Source of the DNA: Myxococcota bacterium
GTDB lineage: Bacteria > Myxococcota_A > Polyangia > Nannocystales > Nannocystaceae
NCBI GenBank assembly: GCA_039028615.1
Contig: JBCCHT010000020.1
Location: 128,001 to 192,000, forward strand
Reading direction: 5' to 3'
Length of the DNA stretch: 64,000 nucleotides
Shown: piece by piece, positions 29,144 through 37,930 of the stretch
How the letters are laid out: every line of letters begins with the position of its first letter
Position numbering within the stretch: position 1 is the first letter of the stretch
Notes under the pieces: generated by a model
The model's database searches: none
Told to the model about the DNA's origin: nothing
Seen by the model: the letters and a program-made list of their open reading frames with translations, nothing else
Translations under genes and position numbers: made by a program

Positions 29144-32092
29144 CTGGGGAGCAGCGGCGACAGGCACCAGGACTCGCGGGGGTCCTCGAAGCGATCGGCG
29201 GCTGACGCGGGCGAACGCCCCGGCGGACGCATCGGTCGTTTCGTCGTGGTTTCGCGCCTCGGCGAGGGTGCGATGGGCATGGTCTATCTCGCCTACGATC
29301 CGCAGCTCGATCGCCGCGTCGCCCTGAAGGTCCTGCATCGCCGCGCGCGGTCCAAGCGAGCGACCAAAGAGCGTCAGCAGCGACTACGCCGCGAGGCGCA
29401 GGCGATGGCCCAGCTCAACCACGGCAACGTCGTCACCGTGCACGACGTGGGCGTCGCGGACGGGCGCGTGTTCCTGGCCATGGACTACGTCGAGGGCAAG
29501 ACCCTCCGCGACTGGCTCGAGGTGCGACGCCGCCCGTGGAACGAGGTGCTGCGGGTGCTCGTGTACGCCGCCCAGGGCCTGGCCGCCGCCCACGAAGCCG
29601 GGGTGATCCACCGCGACTTCAAGCCCGAGAACGTCCTCGTCGGCGACGACGGAGCGGTCAAGGTCATGGACTTCGGCCTCGCTCGCCCGCGCGGCGACGA
29701 GCACTCGTCGGGCATCTCCGACGTGCGCGAAGACGACGACCCCGAGCTCGAGTCCAGCCCCTCTGCTCGCACCGCGGCCGGCGTCCCCGACGAGGTCGAA
29801 GAGGCCAACTCGCAGGGCTGGTGGAAGGGCGAGTCCGGGCTCATCTCCATCGACGGCTCCCCCGACCTGACGCAATCCGGCGACGTGCTCGGCACGCCCA
29901 GCTACATGGCGCCCGAGCTGTTCGACGGCGGCGAGGCCGATGCCCGCAGCGACCAGTTCGCCCTGTGCGTCGCGATCTACGAGGGCCTGTACGGCGTGCG
30001 CCCCTTCGCGGGGGAGTCGATCGCCGCGCTCGCGTTCAACATGAACCGCAGCCGGCTCACCCCGCCGCCCAAGGACGCCCGGGTCCCCGCCTGGCTCGGC
30101 CGGCTCGTGCGACGCGGCCTGTCCCGTGACCCCGAAAAGCGCCACCCGTCGGTCCAGCACCTCATCGAAGCCTTGATCCAAGGCCGAGGCCGACGACGCG
30201 TACGCCAGACCGGGCTCGCCGCGGTCGGGGTCGTGCTCGCCGGGTGGGGCCTGACCTACGCCGTCACCCCCGACACCGTCCCCTGCCAGGGCGGCGAGGC
30301 CCGGGTGCAGCAGGTCTGGAACGAAGACCGCGCCGCCAAGATCATCGAAGCCGTGCAGGCCACCGGAGCCCCCTATGCCAGCGACGCCATCGATCGCGTC
30401 CGCCAGCGCATCGACGCCTACGCCAGCAGCTGGGTCGGCGTGTACACCGAGGTCTGCGAAGCCACCGCCATCCACGGCACCCAGTCCCCCGAAGAGCTCG
30501 ACAAGCGCATCGCCTGCCTCGACGATCGGCTCGAAGAACTCGACGCCTTGCTCGAGGTCTTGAGCGAAGCCGACCGTCGCGTGCCCGAGCGCGCCGCCCA
30601 GGCGGCCAGTGGCCTCCGCGGACCCTCGATGTGCACCGAGGACGAGCTCGAGGAGCGCGCCTCCTCCAACAATCCCGAGCGCCAGCAGCAGCTCGATGCC
30701 ATCGCCGGGCGGATGCTCCGGGCCGAAGCGCTCGCCCGAGCCGGCCGCTACGACGACGCCGTCGCTCTCGGCACCGAGATCGCGGCCGAAGCCGCGGGCC
30801 TGGGCGAGGCCTCCCTGCGCGTCGAGGCCCAGATCCAGCTCGGCATCGCCGAGGACATGGCCGGCGACTATGCCTCCGCCGCCGAGCACCTGCGCGACGC
30901 CTACTTCGTCGCCAAGGACGCCAGCCTCGACCTGCTCTCTGCTCAGGCTGCCGTCTCGCTCATCACCACCGAGGGCATCCACCTCGCGCACACCGAAGAG
31001 GGCCTCAGCTGGGCGCGCCATGCCGAAGCTGCCTTCGAGCGGGGCGACCCCGAGCCCGGCATGCGCAGCCGCTACCACCGGGCGCTCGGCTCCCTCTCCT
31101 TCCAGCGCTTCGATCTGGCCAAGGCCCGCGAGAACTACGAGCACGCGCTGGCCATCGACCGCGCCGAGCTCGGTGACGACCACGAAGAAGTCGCCTCCCT
31201 GCTCGCCCTCCTCGGCGCCGTGCAGGAGCAGTCCGGTCGTTCCGAGGACGCCATGGCCTCCTTCGACCGTGCCCTCGAGATCCACCGCAATGCCCTCGGC
31301 GCCGAGCATCCCCAGCTCGCCGTGCTGCACAACAACTACGCCGTCGTCCTCTTCGGTCGCCACGATCTCCCGGGTGCACAGACCCAGCTCGAGAAGGCGC
31401 TGGCCATCTACCGCAAGTCCATGGGCGAGCACCCCGGCACCGCCACCTTCATGGACAACCTCGGCGGCCTCATGCTCCTGCAAGGCGAGCACGCCCGCGG
31501 CCAGGCCCTCATCGAAGAGGGTCTCGCCATGCGCGAGAAGGTCCTCGGCCCCGAGCACTACACCGTCGCCAACTCCGTCACCAACCTCGGCAACGCCCTC
31601 GAGCTGTCGCGTGACTTCGGCGGTGCCCGCCGCAACTACGAGCGGGCGCTGGCCATCCTCGAAAAGAGCGGCAACCCGGATACGCCCGCCGTGGCGCGGA
31701 CGCTGTTCAACCTCGGGGCGCTCGCGCTGCGAGAAGGGGCGATCCAGCGGGGGTACGACCACTGCAAGCGATCGGTGGATATTGTCGAGAAGGTCGCGGG
31801 GCCCGAGCATCCCGAGATGGCGGGGCCGTTGGTGGGGCTGGGGTGGGCTCAGCTGGAGCTGCAGGAGAACGAAGAGGCACTGCTGACGCTCGAGCGGGCG
31901 TATGCGCTGCGGGAGCATGGACAGGCGGATGCGCCTGCCTTGGCGGCGTTGTTGTTGGCGCAGGCGCTGGATCAGACCGGTGGGGACGGGGATCGGGCGA
32001 AGCGGCTGCGGAGTGAAGCGAGGCGGCTGTATCGGAAGTTGCCGAATCAGATTCCCGAGCGTTTGGAAGGCTGGCTCCGCGGGCCCGGGTAG
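29144..32092 (+). CDS. Membrane Ser/Thr protein kinase with TPR domain (start uncertain: CTG 29144 or GTG 29246)
   Basis: GRFVVVSRLGEGAMGMVY, VALK, HRDFKPEN, DFGLAR, TM segment, TPRs; in-frame TAA at 29138-29140. Confidence 0.9.
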   Translation: MGSSGDRHQDSRGSSKRSAADAGERPGGRIGRFVVVSRLGEGAMGMVYLAYDPQLDRRVALKVLHRRARSKRATKERQQRLRREAQAMAQLNHGNVVTVHDVGVADGRVFLAMDYVEGKTLRDWLEVRRRPWNEVLRVLVYAAQGLAAAHEAGVIHRDFKPENVLVGDDGAVKVMDFGLARPRGDEHSSGISDVREDDDPELESSPSARTAAGVPDEVEEANSQGWWKGESGLISIDGSPDLTQSGDVLGTPSYMAPELFDGGEADARSDQFALCVAIYEGLYGVRPFAGESIAALAFNMNRSRLTPPPKDARVPAWLGRLVRRGLSRDPEKRHPSVQHLIEALIQGRGRRRVRQTGLAAVGVVLAGWGLTYAVTPDTVPCQGGEARVQQVWNEDRAAKIIEAVQATGAPYASDAIDRVRQRIDAYASSWVGVYTEVCEATAIHGTQSPEELDKRIACLDDRLEELDALLEVLSEADRRVPERAAQAASGLRGPSMCTEDELEERASSNNPERQQQLDAIAGRMLRAEALARAGRYDDAVALGTEIAAEAAGLGEASLRVEAQIQLGIAEDMAGDYASAAEHLRDAYFVAKDASLDLLSAQAAVSLITTEGIHLAHTEEGLSWARHAEAAFERGDPEPGMRSRYHRALGSLSFQRFDLAKARENYEHALAIDRAELGDDHEEVASLLALLGAVQEQSGRSEDAMASFDRALEIHRNALGAEHPQLAVLHNNYAVVLFGRHDLPGAQTQLEKALAIYRKSMGEHPGTATFMDNLGGLMLLQGEHARGQALIEEGLAMREKVLGPEHYTVANSVTNLGNALELSRDFGGARRNYERALAILEKSGNPDTPAVARTLFNLGALALREGAIQRGYDHCKRSVDIVEKVAGPEHPEMAGPLVGLGWAQLELQENEEALLTLERAYALREHGQADAPALAALLLAQALDQTGGDGDRAKRLRSEARRLYRKLPNQIPERLEGWLRGPG

Positions 32093-32181
32093 GTCGGTCG
32101 CTGCGAACTCGCGAAGAATCGAATGCGCCGCAGAAATTAAATTCTGACGGTTCGGTGCCGAATTGCCACTAGCTGTTCAGC

Positions 32182-33309
32182 ATGGCACCGGATACCGCAG
32201 CAGCCGACCTCCAGAACAGTGATGGACCCCAACCGACGTTGCCAACCGAGGGCGAGCGAGACCTCATCCTAGGCTCGGTCCGGCAATCGGTCGGACTCTT
32301 CATCGATGATCGATTCGTCATTGATCACCCGACCGAAAATGGAGCCCTCGCGATTCACGAAAGTCGCATCAAAGATGGCCGACTGACGCCAGCAACGAAG
32401 CTCGACCTTCCCGGGGATGAGCACTCGATAAGCCGAAGCACCGGAGTGCTCGTAGACAACGGGCTCGGCCATCGGATCGTAACCGCGGCTCACAATCTCC
32501 CAACGAGCCTCGGCGCGTTGATGAGGGCTCGCTTCATCACCGGACTGCATCCCATCGACGGCTCCTTCGATGGTAGCCAGGTGTTCTTTCCTAGAGGCCT
32601 GAGACACTTCGAAGAGTCGAACGATAGAGATCTTCTCATCACGACAGCAGAGTCCCTTCGCCCGAGTTCGGTCGCCGCTCCCGCATTCCCAGACGCTCTA
32701 TTCGACTTCCACACCAGCCACCCGATGGAAGTATTCGTCGTCGGATACCCGGAGGGACGGGAACTGAGCATTTTCAAAGGGATCGTCACATCGACGATTC
32801 CGGCTCAGGCCTCAGCAACCCAAGCTCGAGGAATCAACATCCACGCGGCAGGCTTGCTTCCTGGTCTATCCGGAGCGCCAGTCTTCACGTTGAGAGATGG
32901 CCAACCTCAGCTTCTGGCTATCGTACAAGGCAAAGGAGTACGTCAAAAGTGGTTCCGACGACGCCTCATCGAGATCTCCAACATCGACGAAAACGACACC
33001 AACGAGGTGAAGCGTTTCATGGATACCATCGTCGACGCGCTAGTCACCACCGAAGCCATCGTGGAGCACAACCACCAACCGGCTGCGATCTCTCGCATGT
33101 TCACATCGGTATTCGAGCCCTCGGTAGTCACATACGGATTCCTAGAAAACTACGACGACAATCTGCTTCAACAACTTCTCATTCGCAACTTTCAAGACGA
33201 GACGGCAAGTGAGGTCGTTGAATTATTCAGCTCGGAGACTCCCGTCGAAGAAGCGGGAAAATTTCTGGCGGCGACGCTGCTCCGCGGAATCTTCTCCACG
33301 AACATCTAA
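32182..33309 (+). CDS. Cytoplasmic trypsin-like serine protease with C-terminal extension
   Basis: TGVLV, VTAAH (His), DRDLL (Asp), VVGYPEG, GLSGAPVF (Ser); no signal peptide; many A/T-ending codons. Confidence 0.78.
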   Translation: MAPDTAAADLQNSDGPQPTLPTEGERDLILGSVRQSVGLFIDDRFVIDHPTENGALAIHESRIKDGRLTPATKLDLPGDEHSISRSTGVLVDNGLGHRIVTAAHNLPTSLGALMRARFITGLHPIDGSFDGSQVFFPRGLRHFEESNDRDLLITTAESLRPSSVAAPAFPDALFDFHTSHPMEVFVVGYPEGRELSIFKGIVTSTIPAQASATQARGINIHAAGLLPGLSGAPVFTLRDGQPQLLAIVQGKGVRQKWFRRRLIEISNIDENDTNEVKRFMDTIVDALVTTEAIVEHNHQPAAISRMFTSVFEPSVVTYGFLENYDDNLLQQLLIRNFQDETASEVVELFSSETPVEEAGKFLAATLLRGIFSTNI

Positions 33310-33357
33310 CCAAGAAGACACTCTGTCTCAGCCACGCAACAAGAGAAAAGAAAGACA

Positions 33358-33750
33358 ATGGCCACCACGACGAAAATCATCAACCAGTCCACCGTAATCG
33401 ACACAATCAGCACTCCATCTGTCAATCTCGTATACGACGGAAAGCTCAAGTACAATCACAACGGCGTACTCAAGATCGTCGATGAGATCGACACCGAAGA
33501 TGATGTTGACGGAACCTTCACAGTCGCGATCGCGAATGGCTCCAACCACAAAATCAGAAAAAGCACTCAAGTCTATACTCTCTCGGGCCCGATGGATGAT
33601 CAGACACGGTGGTTCTACAACGGTGCAAACGATACGCTGACGTTCCAAGCCACGTATATGGCGCTCGACGGAGACAAGCTCGTGTGGGATACCGAGAACT
33701 CGGACCAGCCGCCGTTCAGGCTCCGCGTGGTCGTCCGTCGCGTGGGATGA
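33358..33750 (+). CDS. Hypothetical beta-rich protein, partner of the protease
   Basis: 130-aa ORF, purine-rich leader, low GC like its neighbour. Confidence 0.7.
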   Translation: MATTTKIINQSTVIDTISTPSVNLVYDGKLKYNHNGVLKIVDEIDTEDDVDGTFTVAIANGSNHKIRKSTQVYTLSGPMDDQTRWFYNGANDTLTFQATYMALDGDKLVWDTENSDQPPFRLRVVVRRVG

Positions 33751-33803
33751 GCCAAAGCACACGACCGCAGGGGCGCGCTCGGTTTGCGAGTGGGTCCCTG
33801 TTT

Positions 33804-35180
33804 CTATTTGGGCTGCCGTACCGCGCCGACAAGTGAGCGCCAGTGCAGCCCGAGCGCGCCAGCGCGAGCCACATACATGCTCAGCAGCGCAATCCAAACC
33901 CCGGTGTTCCCGAACCGCGGCGCGAGCGTGAAGTCGATCGCGACGTAGATCCCCATCGCCAGCACCGCGGCATTGCGCAACGCCCTGCCCTGCGTGGCCC
34001 CGAGAAACGCTCCATCGAGCTGCCACGCAGGCACACCAATCACGGGAACCAGCACACAATACGGCAGAAACTCCTGCGCCACCGCCCGCGCCTCAGCATC
34101 GCTCACCAACCCGTCGATGATCGCAGGCCCGGAAACCACGAACACCACCGAGAACGCCACACCAAACCCAAACGCGAGCTGCGTCGTGGTCGTCATCGCC
34201 CCGCGAAAGCGCTCGAGGCTCCGCATCCCCACCGCTTCGCCGATCTCCTTTTCGGCAACGAAGGCAAACGCGTCGAGCACGAACGCAGAGACGGAGATGA
34301 ACTGCAGTAGGATCTCGTTGCCCGCCAGCGCGGCGGTCCCCGCCTGCGCGCCCGAGTTGACGAACCACGCGAACGAAAACAGCAGCGCGAGGGTCCGCAC
34401 CAAGATGTCTCGGTTCGCGGCGAACAACGCCACGAGCGCGCCGCGGTCGAACAGCTGCTCGGGCCAGCCGAGGCTGCGGCGAACCAGCACCAAGCCGAAG
34501 CCGAGCGAGATCCACTCCGCCATCGCAGTCCCGGCACCGATCCCCGCCGGCCCCCAGTGCAGCACCCCGGCGAACCAAGCATCGAGCCCGGCGTTCGATG
34601 CATTGAGCACGATCTGAAACGCGAGCAGCTGCCTCGTTCGACCGGTCCCCAGCAACCATCCGGTCACCGCGTAGCCCATCAACGCCGCGGGGGCTCCCCA
34701 GATCCGCGCACGAACGTATCCACGCGCGAGCGTCTCGACATCGGCGGCGGCATCGAAGGACGCCATGGCCACGGACTCGAGCGGTCTCGCAGCGGCGACG
34801 ATCACCACGCCGAGCACGGCACCGGTCAGCAGCGCTCGCATGAGATGGGCCCGCACGGCGATGGCATCGCCTGCGCCCTGAGCCTGCGCGACCAAGCCGG
34901 TGGTCGACATACGGAGGAAACCGAAGGCCCAGTAGATGAACGAGAACGAGACGGCAGCGACGCCCACGGCGGCGAGGTCGACCTTGCCGCCCACGCGACC
35001 CATGACGGCGGTATCGACGACGCTGGTCATCGCGGTGGCCACCTGCGCGAGCACGACGGGCCACGCGAGGGCGAGCACGCGCCCGTGGGTCAACGCGAGG
35101 GGAGACGACGAGGCGGCGTCCGAGGCACTGGAGCTCGGCTCGGAGGCGGAGCGATCGGGCGGTGGGGAGTCGGGAGGCAT
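33804..35180 (-). CDS. MATE family efflux transporter (DinF-like)
   Basis: LALAWP, VDTAVMG, FGFLRMSTTGLVAQ, about 12 TM segments. Confidence 0.92.
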   Translation of the reverse strand: MPPDSPPPDRSASEPSSSASDAASSSPLALTHGRVLALAWPVVLAQVATAMTSVVDTAVMGRVGGKVDLAAVGVAAVSFSFIYWAFGFLRMSTTGLVAQAQGAGDAIAVRAHLMRALLTGAVLGVVIVAAARPLESVAMASFDAAADVETLARGYVRARIWGAPAALMGYAVTGWLLGTGRTRQLLAFQIVLNASNAGLDAWFAGVLHWGPAGIGAGTAMAEWISLGFGLVLVRRSLGWPEQLFDRGALVALFAANRDILVRTLALLFSFAWFVNSGAQAGTAALAGNEILLQFISVSAFVLDAFAFVAEKEIGEAVGMRSLERFRGAMTTTTQLAFGFGVAFSVVFVVSGPAIIDGLVSDAEARAVAQEFLPYCVLVPVIGVPAWQLDGAFLGATQGRALRNAAVLAMGIYVAIDFTLAPRFGNTGVWIALLSMYVARAGALGLHWRSLVGAVRQPK

Positions 35181-35483
35181 GCCGGCGTCGCGGCGGTGAC
35201 ATACGACGACGCGCGCTCGCGGTCACCTTCTGCGACGGTGTGCCCCGCGGGCCTCGGTGTCGCGAAAACAAAGACCTCGACCCACGAGCATCACACTGTG
35301 GTCGGCGTAAGGCGGTGGTCGTCGGGGTGGGCCCGGTGCCCACCGAACTTTGGCCCACTCGTGATCTGTCCCGGGTCGGACCGTGGATAGACGTTGAAAT
35401 CAGTACGAAGGCATGGTTGGCTCATTCACGTATTGAGCACCGGATCCTTCGCCCAGGTGGCCGACGATCGCTGTTTGTCCAAC

Positions 35484-35855
35484 ATGAGTTCCAGCGACGA
35501 AGGCGAACCCGGACCGACTCGTGAGGCGCGAGACAGGCGGCGATTCCCTCGCATCCAGCTCCGCACCACGGTGAAGCTGCACTTTCGTAGCGCTGATGCC
35601 GCGATCGAGAGCAGCACGGTGGACATCAGCGAAGGCGGCGTGTTCATCCGCATGTCGAGACCCCGCGCCGAGGGCACGGGCATCCTGCTCCACCTTCAGC
35701 TCGGCGACGACCTGCTGGAGATCGGCGGCGTGGTCGTTCGCAGCATCCGTCCGGGCGAAGGCGAAACGCCCGGGATCGGCGTGCTGTTCACGGACATCGA
35801 GCCCAAAGACCTCGAGTACGTGCAGGCGTTGGTGCGGTCATCGCTGGGCGTCTGA
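35484..35855 (+). CDS. PilZ domain protein
   Basis: RRRFPR (RxxxR) and DISEGG (DxSxxG) c-di-GMP-binding motifs. Confidence 0.88.
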   Translation: MSSSDEGEPGPTREARDRRRFPRIQLRTTVKLHFRSADAAIESSTVDISEGGVFIRMSRPRAEGTGILLHLQLGDDLLEIGGVVVRSIRPGEGETPGIGVLFTDIEPKDLEYVQALVRSSLGV

Positions 35856-35985
35856 CCGCGGTTTTTGCAGACGGCGACCGTCAAGCGGACTCGAATGTTC
35901 CGTGCTCGTGGCCAGGACGGTCATTGAGAAAGGTTTAGTAGGGCTTTCCGAGCGGGGCACTTCGCGGTAACTCCAGTGACGATCG

Positions 35986-36699
35986 ATGCCCGACGACGCT
36001 CGCTACCCGTTCATCCCCTACCAGCCCGAACGCGTCTCCGACGAAGAGGCACTCGAGCGCGGCCGCAAGTTCTACGAGCGAATGGACGCTCGACGGAGCG
36101 TGCGGCACTTCAGCGATGAGCCGGTCCCGCGCGAGGCGATCGAGACGGCGATCCGCACCGCCTCCACGGCGCCCTCGGGCGCGCACCAGCAGCCGTGGCG
36201 CTTCGTGGTCGTCGACGATGCGGAGATCAAAAAGCAGATCCGCATCGCGGCCGAGAAGGAAGAGCACCAGAGCTACGAGGGGGGCCGAATGTCCGAGGAG
36301 TGGCGCCGCGCGCTGGCGCCCCTGGGCACCGACTGGCACAAGCCCTACCTCGAGACGGTGCCGTATATCGTGGTGGTCTTCGAGCAGACCCACGGCTACT
36401 TCCCCGACGGGACCCATCGCAAGCACTACTACGTGCGCGAGAGCGTGGGCCTGGCGTGCGGCTTGTTCATCGCCTCGCTGCACCAGATGGGGCTATCGAC
36501 GCTGACCCACACGCCGAGCCCGATGGGCTTTTTGCGAGACATCCTCGGTCGGCCCAAGAACGAGCGCCCCTTCATCCTGTTTCCCATCGGATACCCGGCC
36601 GACAACGCAGAGGTGCCCGACATCCAGCGCAAGCCGCTGGACGAGGTCATGCTCTGGAACCCGACCTCGGCGACGCAGGACGATCCGAAGCAGAGCTGA
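35986..36699 (+). CDS. Nitroreductase family protein, iodotyrosine deiodinase-like
   Basis: RRSVRHFS, APSGAHQQPW, AAEKEE..SY, LGTDWHKPYL, HYYVRESVG, LTHTPSPM. Confidence 0.88.
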   Translation: MPDDARYPFIPYQPERVSDEEALERGRKFYERMDARRSVRHFSDEPVPREAIETAIRTASTAPSGAHQQPWRFVVVDDAEIKKQIRIAAEKEEHQSYEGGRMSEEWRRALAPLGTDWHKPYLETVPYIVVVFEQTHGYFPDGTHRKHYYVRESVGLACGLFIASLHQMGLSTLTHTPSPMGFLRDILGRPKNERPFILFPIGYPADNAEVPDIQRKPLDEVMLWNPTSATQDDPKQS

Positions 36700-36738
36700 G
36701 CGCCGCGAGGCGTCTTCGACCGCGCTCGAGCGTCGGGC

Positions 36739-37131
36739 TCAGACGCGGCTGGGGGTGCGGCGAGGCGAGAGGCGACGCGCCAGGGTCTGAATCGACGCGC
36801 CCGCCAGCACGGTGCTGCTGCACCAGAACAACAGGTCGGCGACGAACCCGGCACGGAGGATGGTGAGCGAGGTACGGCCGCCATCCCCCATGGTGTCGTA
36901 GCCCGTGCGTACGATCGGCAGAGGAGCGCCGTAGCGAACCTGGTGGAGCTCGGGGGCGTACGACGACAAGAGCAAGGTCGCGAAGGTCACCACGATCCCG
37001 AGCAAGATCAGCTTGGCCGCGCGACGGCTGCGCAACACGCCGGAGACCACCAATAGCGTGGCGGCCGGCATGGCGAAGGTCAGCCAGTGCAGCAGGTGCG
37101 CCCCGCGGATGGTGGTGTGGACCAGCTCCAT
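36739..37131 (-). CDS. Hypothetical membrane protein
   Basis: Three hydrophobic segments, YGAPLP motif. Confidence 0.55.
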   Translation of the reverse strand: MELVHTTIRGAHLLHWLTFAMPAATLLVVSGVLRSRRAAKLILLGIVVTFATLLLSSYAPELHQVRYGAPLPIVRTGYDTMGDGGRTSLTILRAGFVADLLFWCSSTVLAGASIQTLARRLSPRRTPSRV

Positions 37132-37242
37132 CGTCCGTCTCCCATACGGACGACGGGCGCGTCGCATTTCAACTCGGCCGGAACGAGGCAAAAACCCTGG
37201 AGCCGGCATCCGTACGACGCCCGCCGCGGTCGCGACGAGAAC

Positions 37243-37707
37243 TCAGGGCCGCGCGCGCTGGAGCGGCATGGTGAGGATCTTCTGCAGCTCGGGGTGCCCG
37301 AGGCTCGAGGTCGGGCGGTGATGCTCGCCCGCCAACGCGAGCCTCATCGCGGCCATCCGCTCGATCATCGGCTTGTGGTCGACCGGCGGTACGTCGAGGA
37401 AGACCAGGGGCTCGACCAAGTCGTCGGGGGTGAAGGCTTTGATGCCCAGGCCCGCCCAGTGAAGCGCGGTCACCATGGCGCATGCGACCCGTGACGAGGT
37501 CACGACCGCACACCGCATGTTGAACTGGGTGACCATCTTGCGCTGCGTTGCGTTCGGCCCGACGCCGTCGGTCAGTACACACGCACCGATGCCACCACTT
37601 TCTTGGAGCTGACGAATCTCCTCGACGTAGTCCGCCCACTCCTGGGGTCGAGGCGGCTCAGCACCATGGACGAGAATCGCCCATCGCTGATACCGCTCGA
37701 ACAGCAT
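37243..37707 (-). CDS. STAS/SpoIIAA-like myxobacterial protein
   Basis: P..QEWADY, VLTDG.GPNATQRK, AVVT.S...A..TALHW pattern. Confidence 0.65.
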   Translation of the reverse strand: MLFERYQRWAILVHGAEPPRPQEWADYVEEIRQLQESGGIGACVLTDGVGPNATQRKMVTQFNMRCAVVTSSRVACAMVTALHWAGLGIKAFTPDDLVEPLVFLDVPPVDHKPMIERMAAMRLALAGEHHRPTSSLGHPELQKILTMPLQRARP

Positions 37708-37930
37708 CGTCGGGTTCGTCACCAAAAGTAACTGTAATCAGGAAAACATCCTTGGATCGAGCCATTGAAGTGTGCACGCTCACTCTTTGTTCGATTTCAT
37801 CCCTAATCCTCGTTCCAAGGGCTCGAGGAGGGCATTGGGCGATAGCGCGCTTCGCTCAGATATCTAATTCGAGCGGTCCGAGCCGCTGATCCTGAAGCAA
37901 GACAAACGATGTTCGCGGTCCACGCAGCTC

